DNA of 64,000 bases from Escherichia coli. Lineage in GTDB: Bacteria; Pseudomonadota; Gammaproteobacteria; Enterobacterales; Enterobacteriaceae. Positions 1 to 15,002 of this stretch are shown here, piece by piece. Position numbers and translations under genes: made by a program. The DNA is taken from assembly GCF_003334335.1 (NCBI RefSeq), contig NZ_QOWQ01000008.1. The stretch is one strand, 5' to 3'. The notes beneath the pieces were generated by a model that was given only the letters and a program-made list of their open reading frames with translations, did not search any database and had not been told where the DNA came from. The stretch's first letter is position 1; every line of letters begins with the position of its first letter.

Positions 1-269
<269 letters not shown>

Positions 270-282
270 TTAACCCTTAGGC

Positions 283-2409
<2,127 letters not shown>

Positions 2410-2493
2410 TTATCTTTTAGGCGTTCAATTTAAGTAGCCCAAAGCGGGCTGCTTACTGGAAGCGCCCGCCTGGTGACTAAAACTCCGAAGGGA

Positions 2494-2979
<486 letters not shown>

Positions 2980-3060
2980 TTAATTCAGGATTGTCCAAAA
3001 CTCTACGAGTTTAGTTTGACATTTAAGTTAAAACGTTTGGCCTTACTTAACGGAGAACCA

Positions 3061-3534
<474 letters not shown>

Positions 3535-3560
3535 TCAAGAAATATACAACGATCCCGCCA

Positions 3561-3848
3561 TCACCAGGCCATCTGGCTGGGGTGCTTAACCGTAAGTCTG
3601 ACGAAATCAGTATAGTCAATGAGAATGATGTCGTTCGAAATTTGACCAGTCAAACCGCGGGCAATAAGGTCTTCGTTCAGGGCATAGACCTTAATGGGGG
3701 CATTACGCAGACTTTCAAGGTAGCGGTTACCGTCAACTGCGGCAGTTACGCCATCTTGCAATAATAGCAGTTCGTCTCCTTCACTGAGCAGACGCAGCAG
3801 CGCAGCAAAATCCGTCAGCCAGGGTGAGCGATGTAATGTGTGCAGCAT
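3561..3848 (-). CDS. tusB: Sulfurtransferase complex subunit TusB
   Basis: 95-aa [37 protein letters not shown]; third gene of a tusD-tusC-tusB arrangement. Confidence 0.9.
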   Translation of the reverse strand: MLHTLHRSPWLTDFAALLRLLSEGDELLLLQDGVTAAVDGNRYLESLRNAPIKVYALNEDLIARGLTGQISNDIILIDYTDFVRLTVKHPSQMAW

Positions 3849-3855
3849 AAACGCC

Positions 3856-4214
3856 TCAAAACCTCAAAATAACATCGTAGTTGGCGAGTTCGCGGCGTAA
3901 GGCATCTGCTTCGAGCGGCGTGGCTTCGACAACAAAGGGTGTCTGCGGATCTAACCCGCGTTCGCGCAGTGAAGCCGCACAAACCCAGCACTGTTCAATG
4001 TCGTACAGACCCAACAATTTAAAAGTGGCAATGTAATCACGCGCCAGCACTGCATCGGGCTTTTGTCCTGGCAGCAGCTGAAAAACGCCATCAGCTATAA
4101 AGAAGACAGCCAGATCGTCAGTTAATGCGGAAGTTGCCAGTAAAGCATCTAAACCTTCCCGGCCTGCGGCTGTACCATGAGGTGCAGTAGAAAAAACAAA
4201 CGCAATTCGTTTCA

Positions 4215-4215
<1 letters not shown>
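3856..4215 (-). CDS. tusC: Sulfurtransferase complex subunit TusC
   Basis: 119-aa [30 protein letters not shown]; DsrEFH-like; 1-nt overlap with tusD. Confidence 0.9.
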
Positions 4216-5323
<1,108 letters not shown>

Positions 5324-5450
5324 GAAAAAAAACACTCCTTTTCAGGAGCCTGTCGTTAACTTTTCAGGGCAGGCTCATTAATGATGCGGGTAACTAAATT
5401 AATACAGCGGAGGTTCCGCTTTCCAGCACTAATTATATCCGGCCTGTAAT

Positions 5451-5480
5451 AAAAAAACCGCCGCCTGGTCAGGCGGCGGT
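5451..5480 (-). terminator. Rho-independent terminator downstream of fkpA
   Basis: Inverted repeat accgccgcctg / caggcggcggt (5457-5480) preceded on plus strand by aaaaaaa (5451-5457), i.e. stem then U-run on minus strand. Confidence 0.7.
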
Positions 5481-5489
5481 TCTTAATGC

Positions 5490-6302
5490 TTATTTTTTAG
5501 CAGAATCTGCGGCTTTCGCATCAGCTTCCGGCTTTGCATCAGCCTTCGGCGCTGGTTTCACATCCAGCAGCTCTACGTCAAACACCAGGGTAGAATTCGG
5601 TGGGATCCCCGGAACACCCGCTTTGCCGTAAGCCAGTTCTGGTGGAATAACCAGTTTGATCTTACCGCCTTTCTTGATGTTCTTCAGACCTTCTGTCCAA
5701 CCCGGGATAACACCGTCCAGACGGAAAGAAAGCGGTTCACCACGGGTGTAAGAGTTGTCGAACTCTTTACCGTCGATCAGCGTACCTTTGTAGTTCACTA
5801 CAACAGTATCGCTGTCTTTCGGTGCTTCGCCTTTACCGGCTTCTACTACCTGATAAACCAGACCAGTTGAAGAGGTTTTCACACCTTTCTCTTTGGCAAA
5901 TTTCTCGCGGTACTCTTTACCTTTTGCTTCGTTATCAGCCGCGTCTTTTTCCATCTTCGCCTGAGCAGAAGACTTCACGCGAGCTTCGAATGCTTGTAGA
6001 GTCTGTTCGATCTCTTGGTCGGAGAGTTTGCTCTTATCAGCAAATGCATCCTGAACACCAGCGATCAGCTGATCTTTATCCAGTTTGATGCCCAGTTTTT
6101 CTTGTTCTTTTAGAGAGTTTTCCATGTAACGACCCAGCGAGGCACCCAGTGCATAAGCTGATTTCTGATCGTCATTTTTGAACGCTGCTTTGCTGTCAGC
6201 AGCTGTAGCAGGTTTTGCAGCTTCAGCAGCAAAAGTGATTGGTGCATGCAGGGCAACGGCCATTGTGGTCGCCAGCAGCGTTACTTTAAACAGTGATTTC
6301 AT
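5490..6302 (-). CDS. fkpA: Periplasmic FKBP-type peptidyl-prolyl cis-trans isomerase
   Basis: 270-aa ORF with signal peptide MKSLFKVTLLATTMAVALHAPITFA and FKBP domain; Lys/Ala-rich C-terminus. Confidence 0.94.
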   Translation of the reverse strand: MKSLFKVTLLATTMAVALHAPITFAAEAAKPATAADSKAAFKNDDQKSAYALGASLGRYMENSLKEQEKLGIKLDKDQLIAGVQDAFADKSKLSDQEIEQTLQAFEARVKSSAQAKMEKDAADNEAKGKEYREKFAKEKGVKTSSTGLVYQVVEAGKGEAPKDSDTVVVNYKGTLIDGKEFDNSYTRGEPLSFRLDGVIPGWTEGLKNIKKGGKIKLVIPPELAYGKAGVPGIPPNSTLVFDVELLDVKPAPKADAKPEADAKAADSAKK

Positions 6303-6522
6303 CCATATCTCCAGGATCGGGGCATCTCACCCCAGGGTTAACTATTATCAGAAGGGTACTATAAAGCGTTGTCGAACAAATCTACATACAGACACGCCCT
6401 ATTATCATCTATTTTCAGACTCTTTTTGTTTAAATTAGTTTCGATGACCGCGAAATGAGTGCTGTCTCGGGCAGCAAAGTTAAGTAGAATCCGCGGCGAC
6501 CATTCGACAAAAGAGGTGAATC

Positions 6523-6741
6523 ATGCAGGATTTATCATTGGAAGCACGCCTGGCAGAGCTGGAGAGCCGACTGGCTTTTCAGGAAATCACCATTGAAGAA
6601 CTGAACGTCACGGTGACCGCTCATGAAATGGAGATGGCGAAACTGCGCGATCATCTGCGTCTGCTGACCGAGAAGTTAAAAGCCAGCCAGCCGTCGAACA
6701 TCGCGTCGCAGGCTGAAGAAACGCCACCGCCACATTATTGA
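6523..6741 (+). CDS. slyX: Small coiled-coil protein SlyX
   Basis: 72-aa [31 protein letters not shown]; convergent with slyD. Confidence 0.88.
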
Positions 6742-6745
6742 GGCG

Positions 6746-6776
6746 TAAAAAAAGCGGGGATTCCCCGCTTTTTTGT
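6746..6776. terminator. Bidirectional terminator between convergent slyX and slyD
   Basis: gcgggga tt ccccgc stem flanked by A-run (6747-6753) and T-run (6769-6775). Confidence 0.7.
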
Positions 6777-6789
6777 CACTTTTTCGGTA

Positions 6790-7380
6790 TTAGTGGCAAC
6801 CGCAACCGCCGTTGCCTTTACCGCCACAGCAGCCTTCGCCACCGTGTTCATGACCGTGATCGTGGCCATGACCGCCGCAGCAACCGTCGTGGTCGTGATC
6901 GTGGTGGTGATCGTGCGCGCCGTGAACGTGACCATGAGCCAGTTCTTCTTCAGTCGCTTCGCGAATCGCCACAACTTCAACGTTGAATTTCAGGTTCTGA
7001 CCGGCCAGCATGTGGTTACCATCAACCACGACGTGATCGTCTTCAACCGCAGTGATTTCAACCGGTACCGGACCCTGGTCGGTTTCAGCCAGGAAACGCA
7101 TACCTACCTGCAGTTCATCAACGCCCATAAATACGTCTTTAGGAACACGTTGCACCAGGTTTTCGTCGTACTGACCGTAAGCGTCGTTCGCGCCAACAGC
7201 GACATCAAATTTGTCGCCAACTTCATGACCTTCCAGCGCCGTTTCCAGGCCAGAGATCAGGGAACCGTGACCATGCAGGTAGTCCAGCGGCGCACTCACC
7301 GGAGACTCATCAACCAACACACCGTCTTCTGTACGTACCTGATAGGCCAGGCTGACCACCAGGTCTTTTGCTACTTTCAT
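6790..7380 (-). CDS. slyD: FKBP-type PPIase / metallochaperone SlyD
   Basis: 196-aa ORF MKVAKDLVVSLAYQVRTEDGVLVDESP with His/Cys/Gly-rich C-terminal tail (HGHVHGAHDHHHDHDHDGCCGGHGHDHGHEHGGEGCCGG). Confidence 0.95.
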   Translation of the reverse strand: MKVAKDLVVSLAYQVRTEDGVLVDESPVSAPLDYLHGHGSLISGLETALEGHEVGDKFDVAVGANDAYGQYDENLVQRVPKDVFMGVDELQVGMRFLAETDQGPVPVEITAVEDDHVVVDGNHMLAGQNLKFNVEVVAIREATEEELAHGHVHGAHDHHHDHDHDGCCGGHGHDHGHEHGGEGCCGGKGNGGCGCH

Positions 7381-7474
7381 GATATCTCCTGAGCATGGGA
7401 AGAATAGTGGCGCAGATTGTAGCGGAATTCTGCAGCCGTGTACTCACTAGCTTAAAAAAACTCGGCGCATATCG

Positions 7475-7675
7475 CTAGTCCGGATGAAAAATCCCGATCA
7501 CTTGCTCATCTTTGCGAACGTGATCGCGGGCTTCTTTGTCTGCTTCTCGCATCTGATGTCCGCACTTAACACATTCAACAATATCAATATTATTTTCGCG
7601 CCACATCGCCATTGAATCCTGCGCCTGACAGGCCGGGCATTTTGCGCCCGCAATAAAACGTTTTCGGATTGCCAT
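7475..7675 (-). CDS. yheV: Small zinc-ribbon-like protein YheV
   Basis: 66-aa ORF with two Cys pairs (CPAC ... CVKC) typical of a zinc ribbon. Confidence 0.8.
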   Translation of the reverse strand: MAIRKRFIAGAKCPACQAQDSMAMWRENNIDIVECVKCGHQMREADKEARDHVRKDEQVIGIFHPD

Positions 7676-7684
7676 CTTTACCCT

Positions 7685-9490
7685 CTACTCAAATTCATCC
7701 CAGCCGTCCAGCTGGCGTCGTTCTTGTTGCATTTCACGCTGGAAAATCTCTTCCAGTTCGCGTCGGGCTTCCCTGGCGCGAGAAATTTGTACGGTATCGG
7801 CATGCATTGGGATGAGCTCTCGCAGCATCCGCATATCCAGGCGGCGAAAATGCAGTTGCGCTCGCTGTGCCTGATGCGGATGCATGCCAAGCGTGACCAG
7901 CGTCTTGCGCCCCAGCTCTAACGCACTGGAGAATGTTTCACGGGAAAACTGCGTCACCCCTGCCTGTAATAACTCATGCGCTTCCACACGTCCGCGCGCT
8001 CGCGCAAGAATATGCAAATGCGGAAAGTGCTGTTGGCATATTTCCACCAGCTTCATGGTGTCTTCCGGCTCGTTACAGGTAATGACGATAGACTCAGCGG
8101 CCTCTGCACCCGCAGAACGTAAAAGATCGACCTGCGTGGCGTCGCCGTAATAAACTTTGTAGCCGTATTTACGCATCAGGTTAACGGCGCTGATATCCCG
8201 CTCCAGCACGGTAATGCGCATTTTATTTGCCATCAGCAAACGACCAATCACCTGACCAAAACGCCCGAAGCCCACGACAATGACCTGGGGTTTATCATCG
8301 TTGACCCACGGTTTTTCGTCTTCTTCTTCCGGTCCGTTAAACTGGCGGGATAGCCATTTATCCACCAGCTTCATCAGCAACGGCGTGGTCATCATGGAAA
8401 GCGTCACCGTCACCAGCAACAACGCCATCTGGTCGCCCTGGAATAAGCGTTGTGAAGAAGCGGTAGAAAAGAGGACAAAGGCAAACTCACCACCCTGACT
8501 CAACACGCCAGCAAACTGCATCCGCTCTGAGCTACGCACGCCATACAATCGCGCCAGCAGATACAGCACGAGAATTTTCACCGCCACCAGCACAACCACG
8601 CTTATCACTACCCACAACAGATGGGTATAAAGCACCCCGAGGTTGAGTGACATGCCGACAGAGATAAAGAACAAACCGAGCAGCAAGCCTTTGAAGGGAT
8701 CGATAGCCGTTTCCAGTTCATGGCGATATTCACTTTCCGCCAGCAGCACGCCCGCAATAAATGTACCGAGCGCCATCGACAGCCCCAGCGCATCCATAAA
8801 CAATGCGGAACCCAACACCAGCAGCAGCGTCGCGGCGGTGAACACTTCCCGCACGCCAGAAGCTGCAATAAAGCGGAATACCGGACGCAGTAAATAGCGC
8901 CCACCAATCAGCATGCCGACAAACGCCAGCACCTTCATGCCGACCTTCATCCAGTCGAAATGTTCGTCTGCCGACCCCGCCAACAACGGCACTAACGCCA
9001 GTGCTGGGATTACTGCCAGATCCTGAAACAGCAGAACCGAAAACCCGAGCTGGCCGGATTCGCTGCGATTCATCCCTTTCTCACGCATCAATTGCAACGC
9101 CATTGCAGTTGAAGACATCGCAAGGCCAATGCCACCGACCACCGCCGCCTGCCAGGCGAAATCCGTCAGCATCAATAATCCCGCCAGCAACGCCGCGCTT
9201 AACAGCACCTGTGCCGCGCCTACGCCAAAAATCGAACGCCGCAGTTGCCAAAGTTTGGAGGGATTCAACTCAAGGCCGATGATAAACATCAGGAATACCA
9301 CGCCGAGTTCCGAAAAGTGGAGGATCTCATCGACGTCGCTAATAAACCCCAGCCCCCACGGGCCAATTGCAATCCCTGCCAGCAAATATCCCAACACAGC
9401 GCCAATACCCAGCCGCGATGCCAGCGGCACCGCAGCCACCGCCGCGAAGAGAAACAGCACTCCTGCGAGTAAAAAATCGGAACCTTCCAT
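7685..9490 (-). CDS. kefB: Glutathione-regulated K+ efflux antiporter KefB
   Basis: 601-aa polytopic ORF with C-terminal KTN/Rossmann segment ([11 protein letters not shown]); overlaps kefG stop. Confidence 0.94.
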   Translation of the reverse strand: MEGSDFLLAGVLFLFAAVAAVPLASRLGIGAVLGYLLAGIAIGPWGLGFISDVDEILHFSELGVVFLMFIIGLELNPSKLWQLRRSIFGVGAAQVLLSAALLAGLLMLTDFAWQAAVVGGIGLAMSSTAMALQLMREKGMNRSESGQLGFSVLLFQDLAVIPALALVPLLAGSADEHFDWMKVGMKVLAFVGMLIGGRYLLRPVFRFIAASGVREVFTAATLLLVLGSALFMDALGLSMALGTFIAGVLLAESEYRHELETAIDPFKGLLLGLFFISVGMSLNLGVLYTHLLWVVISVVVLVAVKILVLYLLARLYGVRSSERMQFAGVLSQGGEFAFVLFSTASSQRLFQGDQMALLLVTVTLSMMTTPLLMKLVDKWLSRQFNGPEEEDEKPWVNDDKPQVIVVGFGRFGQVIGRLLMANKMRITVLERDISAVNLMRKYGYKVYYGDATQVDLLRSAGAEAAESIVITCNEPEDTMKLVEICQQHFPHLHILARARGRVEAHELLQAGVTQFSRETFSSALELGRKTLVTLGMHPHQAQRAQLHFRRLDMRMLRELIPMHADTVQISRAREARRELEEIFQREMQQERRQLDGWDEFE

Positions 9491-10044
9491 CAGCGGCCTC
9501 CTGGAGACAGCGGATTTGCCAGCCAGTCACCGTAGGCTCTGGCGTGGCTCGCCAGCTCCTGTGCGCTTTGCCGTCTCGCCCAGTAAATAATGATGGGACT
9601 TAACCAATGCATCCGGCACATGCCCGCCGCCAGTTCAAAGGGGCGCAGCACATCGCTCATCGGGTAGCGATTCAGCGCGTCATAACGGTAAGCACTTTCC
9701 GGCTCGCCGGTGGTAATCACGCTACGCCAGTACTTTCCCGCCAGTTGGTTTCCTCCCGGCCCGCTGGCAAAACCACGACTTAATACCCGGTCCAGCCACT
9801 CTTTCAGTAGCGCCGGGCAGCTATAGGTATAAAGAGGATGCTGAAAGACAATCACCTCGTGCTCGCGCAGTAATGCCTGCTCACGGGGGATATCAATAAA
9901 AAAATCGGGATAGTGCGCGTAAAGGTCGTGCACGGTAACATTGCTGAGCTGCGTGGCCGGTTTAAGCAGTACCCGGTTTGCCACCGAGTCCTGAGATTCC
10001 GGATGGGCATACAGCAGCAAAACTTTCGCTGGCTGAGACATCAT
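9490..10044 (-). CDS. kefG: KefB ancillary flavodoxin-like protein KefG
   Basis: 184-aa [29 protein letters not shown]; overlaps kefB start. Confidence 0.92.
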
Positions 10045-10171
10045 CCCCCTCCCGGTATGGTTTTTGTGTATAGTCGCTGTTTTGGGCTACCATTGCGCCC
10101 GGTGCGGCAGCTCGCCCATACATTACATTATCATAATGATAAGTTAACATAGTCTGAACATACGGCACCTT

Positions 10172-12085
10172 ATGATTGTTTTCTCCTCGTTACAAATTCG
10201 TCGCGGCGTGCGCGTCCTGCTGGATAATGCCACCGCCACCATCAACCCTGGGCAGAAAGTCGGCCTGGTGGGTAAAAACGGCTGTGGTAAATCTACCCTG
10301 CTGGCATTGCTGAAAAATGAAATCAGCGCCGACGGCGGCAGCTACACCTTTCCGGGAAGCTGGCAACTGGCGTGGGTGAATCAGGAAACGCCGGCGTTAC
10401 CGCAAGCGGCGCTGGAATATGTCATTGACGGCGACCGTGAATATCGTCAACTAGAAGCGCAGCTACACGACGCCAACGAACGTAACGACGGGCACGCCAT
10501 TGCGACCATTCATGGCAAGCTGGATGCTATTGACGCATGGAGTATTCGCTCCCGTGCTGCCAGCCTGCTGCACGGCCTCGGTTTCAGCAATGAACAACTG
10601 GAGCGCCCGGTAAGTGATTTTTCCGGGGGCTGGCGTATGCGTCTTAACCTTGCCCAGGCGCTGATTTGCCGTTCAGACTTGCTGCTGCTCGACGAACCGA
10701 CTAACCACCTCGATCTCGATGCCGTTATCTGGCTGGAAAAATGGCTGAAGAGCTATCAGGGCACGCTGATCCTGATCTCTCACGACCGCGACTTCCTCGA
10801 TCCGATCGTCGATAAAATTATTCATATCGAACAACAAAGCATGTTCGAGTACACCGGCAACTACAGTTCGTTTGAAGTACAGCGCGCCACCCGTCTGGCG
10901 CAGCAACAAGCGATGTACGAAAGCCAGCAGGAACGCGTAGCGCATCTGCAAAGTTATATCGACCGTTTCCGTGCCAAAGCCACCAAAGCGAAGCAGGCCC
11001 AGAGCCGCATTAAGATGCTCGAGCGTATGGAGCTAATTGCCCCCGCGCACGTCGACAACCCGTTCCGCTTTAGCTTCCGCGCGCCGGAAAGCCTGCCAAA
11101 TCCGTTACTGAAGATGGAAAAAGTCAGCGCGGGCTATGGCGATCGCATTATTCTCGACTCGATTAAACTGAACCTGGTGCCCGGCTCGCGTATTGGTCTG
11201 TTAGGCCGCAATGGCGCGGGTAAATCGACATTAATCAAACTGTTAGCCGGTGAACTTGCGCCAGTCAGCGGTGAAATTGGTCTGGCGAAAGGGATCAAAC
11301 TCGGCTACTTCGCCCAGCATCAACTTGAATACCTGCGCGCCGACGAATCACCTATTCAACATCTGGCACGTTTAGCGCCGCAGGAGCTGGAACAAAAACT
11401 GCGTGACTACCTCGGCGGCTTTGGTTTCCAGGGCGATAAAGTAACCGAAGAAACGCGCCGCTTCTCCGGTGGGGAAAAAGCCCGCCTGGTGCTGGCATTA
11501 ATTGTCTGGCAGCGGCCGAATCTGCTGCTGCTCGACGAACCGACTAACCACCTTGACCTCGACATGCGTCAGGCACTCACCGAAGCATTAATCGAGTTTG
11601 AAGGCGCGCTGGTTGTCGTTTCGCACGACCGTCATTTGCTGCGTTCCACCACTGACGATCTCTACCTGGTTCACGATCGTAAAGTCGAACCGTTCGACGG
11701 CGATCTGGAAGATTATCAACAGTGGTTGAGCGACGTACAAAAGCAGGAAAACCAGACCGACGAAGCGCCAAAAGAGAATGCGAACAGCGCCCAGGCACGT
11801 AAAGATCAGAAGCGTCGGGAAGCTGAGCTGCGTGCGCAAACCCAGCCACTGCGTAAAGAGATTGCCCGTCTGGAAAAAGAGATGGAGAAGCTGAACGCGC
11901 AACTGGCGCAGGCGGAAGAGAAACTCGGCGACAGCGAACTGTATGACCAGAGCCGTAAAGCGGAGTTGACCGCCTGCCTGCAACAGCAAGCCAGCGCCAA
12001 ATCCGGCCTGGAAGAGTGCGAAATGGCATGGCTGGAAGCCCAGGAGCAGCTTGAGCAGATGCTGCTGGAAGGCCAAAGCAACTGA
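10172..12085 (+). CDS. yheS: ABC-F family ATPase (two ABC cassettes, no TM domain)
   Basis: 637-aa ORF with two Walker A motifs (GKNGCGKST and GRNGAGKST), two LSGG signatures, charged coiled-coil C-terminus. Confidence 0.93.
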   Translation: MIVFSSLQIRRGVRVLLDNATATINPGQKVGLVGKNGCGKSTLLALLKNEISADGGSYTFPGSWQLAWVNQETPALPQAALEYVIDGDREYRQLEAQLHDANERNDGHAIATIHGKLDAIDAWSIRSRAASLLHGLGFSNEQLERPVSDFSGGWRMRLNLAQALICRSDLLLLDEPTNHLDLDAVIWLEKWLKSYQGTLILISHDRDFLDPIVDKIIHIEQQSMFEYTGNYSSFEVQRATRLAQQQAMYESQQERVAHLQSYIDRFRAKATKAKQAQSRIKMLERMELIAPAHVDNPFRFSFRAPESLPNPLLKMEKVSAGYGDRIILDSIKLNLVPGSRIGLLGRNGAGKSTLIKLLAGELAPVSGEIGLAKGIKLGYFAQHQLEYLRADESPIQHLARLAPQELEQKLRDYLGGFGFQGDKVTEETRRFSGGEKARLVLALIVWQRPNLLLLDEPTNHLDLDMRQALTEALIEFEGALVVVSHDRHLLRSTTDDLYLVHDRKVEPFDGDLEDYQQWLSDVQKQENQTDEAPKENANSAQARKDQKRREAELRAQTQPLRKEIARLEKEMEKLNAQLAQAEEKLGDSELYDQSRKAELTACLQQQASAKSGLEECEMAWLEAQEQLEQMLLEGQSN

Positions 12086-13107
12086 TGGCGCAGATAACGA
12101 CGACCGATGCCAATGAATTCAGCAGCAGTGCTGAATTCATCCCCATGCGCGGCTTTAGCAATTGTCATCTGCAAACCATGCTGCCGCGTCTGTTTCGTCG
12201 TCAGGTGAAATTCACCCCGTACTGGCAGCGGCTGGAGTTGCCCGACGGCGATTTTGTCGATCTTGCGTGGAGTGAAAACCCTGCACAGGCGCAACATAAA
12301 CCTCGTCTGGTGGTGTTTCACGGGCTGGAAGGCAGTCTCAACAGCCCTTACGCCCACGGTCTGGTTGAGGCGGCGCAAAAGCGCGGCTGGCTGGGCGTGG
12401 TGATGCATTTTCGCGGATGCAGCGGTGAACCAAACCGTATGCACCGCATTTACCATTCGGGCGAAACCGAAGACGCCAGTTGGTTTTTACGCTGGCTGCA
12501 ACGCGAATTTGGTCATGCGCCAACGGCTGCCGTCGGCTATTCGCTCGGCGGTAATATGCTGGCCTGTTTGCTGGCAAAGGAAGGCAATGATCTCCCGGTT
12601 GATGCGGCGGTGATTGTCTCTGCGCCGTTTATGCTGGAAGCCTGTAGCTATCATATGGAAAAGGGCTTTTCCCGCGTTTATCAGCGTTACTTGCTGAACC
12701 TGTTAAAAGCCAATGCCGCGCGCAAGCTGGCAGCCTACCCCGGAACGCTGCCGATTAATCTCGCGCAGTTAAAATCGGTACGTCGCATCCGTGAATTTGA
12801 CGATCTCATCACCGCCAGAATTCACGGCTACGCCGACGCTATCGACTATTATCGTCAGTGTAGCGCCATGCCGATGCTGAACCGGATCGCCAAACCGACG
12901 CTGATTATTCACGCCAAAGACGATCCGTTTATGGATCATCAGGTGATCCCGAAACCGGAAAGTCTCCCCCCGCAGGTGGAGTATCAACTGACTGAACATG
13001 GCGGTCATGTTGGCTTTATTGGCGGTACATTACTTCATCCGCAAATGTGGCTGGAGTCACGCATTCCTGACTGGTTAACAACGTATCTGGAGGCGAAATC
13101 ATGTTGA
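12085..13107 (+). CDS. yheT: Alpha/beta-hydrolase fold protein YheT
   Basis: 340-aa ORF with nucleophile-elbow-like GYSLGGN motif; start overlaps yheS stop. Confidence 0.88.
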
Positions 13108-13319
13108 TTCCGTGGCAAGACCTCTCCCCCGAAACGCTGGAAAATTTAATTGAAAGCTTTGTGTTACGTGAAGGCACCGATTATGGTGAACATGAGCGTA
13201 CACTTGAACAGAAAGTCGCCGACGTCAAACGCCAGCTACAGTGCGGAGAAGCGGTGCTGGTATGGTCGGAGCTGCACGAAACGGTCAATATTATGCCGCG
13301 CAGTCAGTTTCGCGAATAA
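13101..13319 (+). CDS. yheU: Small protein YheU (unknown function)
   Basis: 72-aa [32 protein letters not shown]; 7-nt overlap with yheT. Confidence 0.82.
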
Positions 13320-13372
13320 CCTGCAACCGTCGGCGGACGAGATAATAATGATAGCTAAGTCATGGAGTTACT

Positions 13373-14242
13373 ATGTCTGCCAAACATCCGGTCATTGCGG
13401 TAACAGGATCCAGCGGCGCGGGGACCACCACCACCAGCCTCGCGTTTCGTAAAATATTCGCGCAGTTAAATCTGCATGCAGCTGAGGTGGAAGGCGACAG
13501 TTTTCACCGTTACACCCGCCCGGAAATGGACATGGCGATCCGCAAAGCGCGCGACGCCGGGCGGCATATCAGCTACTTCGGCCCCGAGGCTAACGACTTC
13601 GGCCTGCTGGAACAAACCTTCATTGAATACGGTCAGAGCGGCAAAGGGAAATCTCGCAAATATCTGCATACCTACGACGAAGCCGTACCGTGGAATCAGG
13701 TACCGGGGACATTCACCCCCTGGCAACCTTTACCGGAACCCACTGATGTACTGTTTTATGAAGGTTTACACGGCGGCGTAGTCACGCCACAGCATAACGT
13801 TGCGCAGCATGTGGACTTACTGGTCGGCGTGGTGCCTATCGTTAACCTTGAGTGGATTCAAAAACTGATCCGCGACACCAGCGAGCGCGGGCACTCACGA
13901 GAAGCAGTGATGGACTCAGTAGTGCGTTCAATGGAAGACTATATCAACTACATCACACCGCAGTTTTCCCGCACCCATCTTAACTTCCAGCGCGTTCCCA
14001 CCGTCGACACTTCAAACCCGTTCGCGGCAAAAGGTATCCCGTCGCTCGATGAAAGCTTTGTGGTGATCCATTTTCGTAATCTGGAAGGGATCGATTTCCC
14101 CTGGCTGCTGGCGATGTTGCAAGGCTCATTCATTTCCCACATCAATACGTTAGTGGTACCGGGCGGCAAAATGGGTCTGGCAATGGAATTAATTATGCTG
14201 CCGCTGGTGCAACGATTGATGGAAGGAAAGAAAATCGAGTAA
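13373..14242 (+). CDS. prkB: Phosphoribulokinase homologue
   Basis: 289-aa ORF MSAKHPVIAVTGSSGAGTTTTS (P-loop kinase). Confidence 0.9.
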   Translation: MSAKHPVIAVTGSSGAGTTTTSLAFRKIFAQLNLHAAEVEGDSFHRYTRPEMDMAIRKARDAGRHISYFGPEANDFGLLEQTFIEYGQSGKGKSRKYLHTYDEAVPWNQVPGTFTPWQPLPEPTDVLFYEGLHGGVVTPQHNVAQHVDLLVGVVPIVNLEWIQKLIRDTSERGHSREAVMDSVVRSMEDYINYITPQFSRTHLNFQRVPTVDTSNPFAAKGIPSLDESFVVIHFRNLEGIDFPWLLAMLQGSFISHINTLVVPGGKMGLAMELIMLPLVQRLMEGKKIE

Positions 14243-14255
14243 CTCTGCTATTACG

Positions 14256-14277
14256 CCGGATAAAATACTATCCGGCT
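14256..14277. repeat. REP-like palindrome between convergent prkB and yhfA
   Basis: gccggataaaatactatccggc: perfect 8-bp inverted repeat gccggata / tatccggc. Confidence 0.45.
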
Positions 14278-14296
14278 TCACAACGGGATAGTTAAG

Positions 14297-14701
14297 TCAC
14301 GCGGCAACCACTTCATACGAGTGAGTAATATTCACCGCTTTTTCCAGCATCAACGCCACTGAACAATATTTCTCGGCAGAGAGATCAACCGCACGCGCAA
14401 CCGCTGCGTCTTTCAGGTCGCGACCGGTGACGATAAAATGCAGATTAATGTGCGTAAACAGGCGTGGTGCCTCTTCGCGGCGTTCAGAGGTCAATTTTAC
14501 TTCACAATCGACCACATCCTGACGCCCTTTTTGCAGGATCGAAACCACATCGATGGCACTGCAACCACCCGCCGCCATCAACACCATTTCCATCGGACTT
14601 GGTGCTTTATCGCCTGAGTTGCCGTCCATTAAAATCTGATGACCAGAGGCGGATTCGCCCAGAAAAGTTAACCCTTCGACCCACTTCACTCGCGCTTGCA
14701 T
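14297..14701 (-). CDS. yhfA: OsmC-family protein YhfA
   Basis: 134-aa ORF MQARVKWVEGLTFLGESASGHQILMDG; divergent from crp. Confidence 0.88.
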   Translation of the reverse strand: MQARVKWVEGLTFLGESASGHQILMDGNSGDKAPSPMEMVLMAAGGCSAIDVVSILQKGRQDVVDCEVKLTSERREEAPRLFTHINLHFIVTGRDLKDAAVARAVDLSAEKYCSVALMLEKAVNITHSYEVVAA

Positions 14702-15002
14702 TTTTGCTACTCCACTGCGTCAATTTTCCTGACAGAGTACGCGTACTAACCAAATCGCGCAACGGAAGGCGACCTGGGTCATGCTGAAGCGAGACACCAG
14801 GAGACACAAAGCGAAAGCTATGCTAAAACAGTCAGGATGCTACAGTAATACATTGATGTACTGCATGTATGCAAAGGACGTCACATTACCGTGCAGTACA
14901 GTTGATAGCCCCTTCCCAGGTAGCGGGAAGCATATTTCGGCAATCCAGAGACAGCGGCGTTATCTGGCTCTGGAGAAAGCTTATAACAGAGGATAACCGC
15001 GC

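Noticed and set aside
6738-7392. Plus-strand ORFs (82 aa and 199 aa) overlapping slyD, and the 81-aa minus ORF 6735-6980
   Set aside because: Generated by the repetitive His-codon DNA of the SlyD tail; alternative frames give Thr/Val/Ala or Arg/Asp repeats.
14702-15002. Specific CRP and Fis operator sites in the crp leader
   Set aside because: I could not pick out a convincing TGTGA-N6-TCACA site by eye in this 300-bp leader, so I do not place individual sites.
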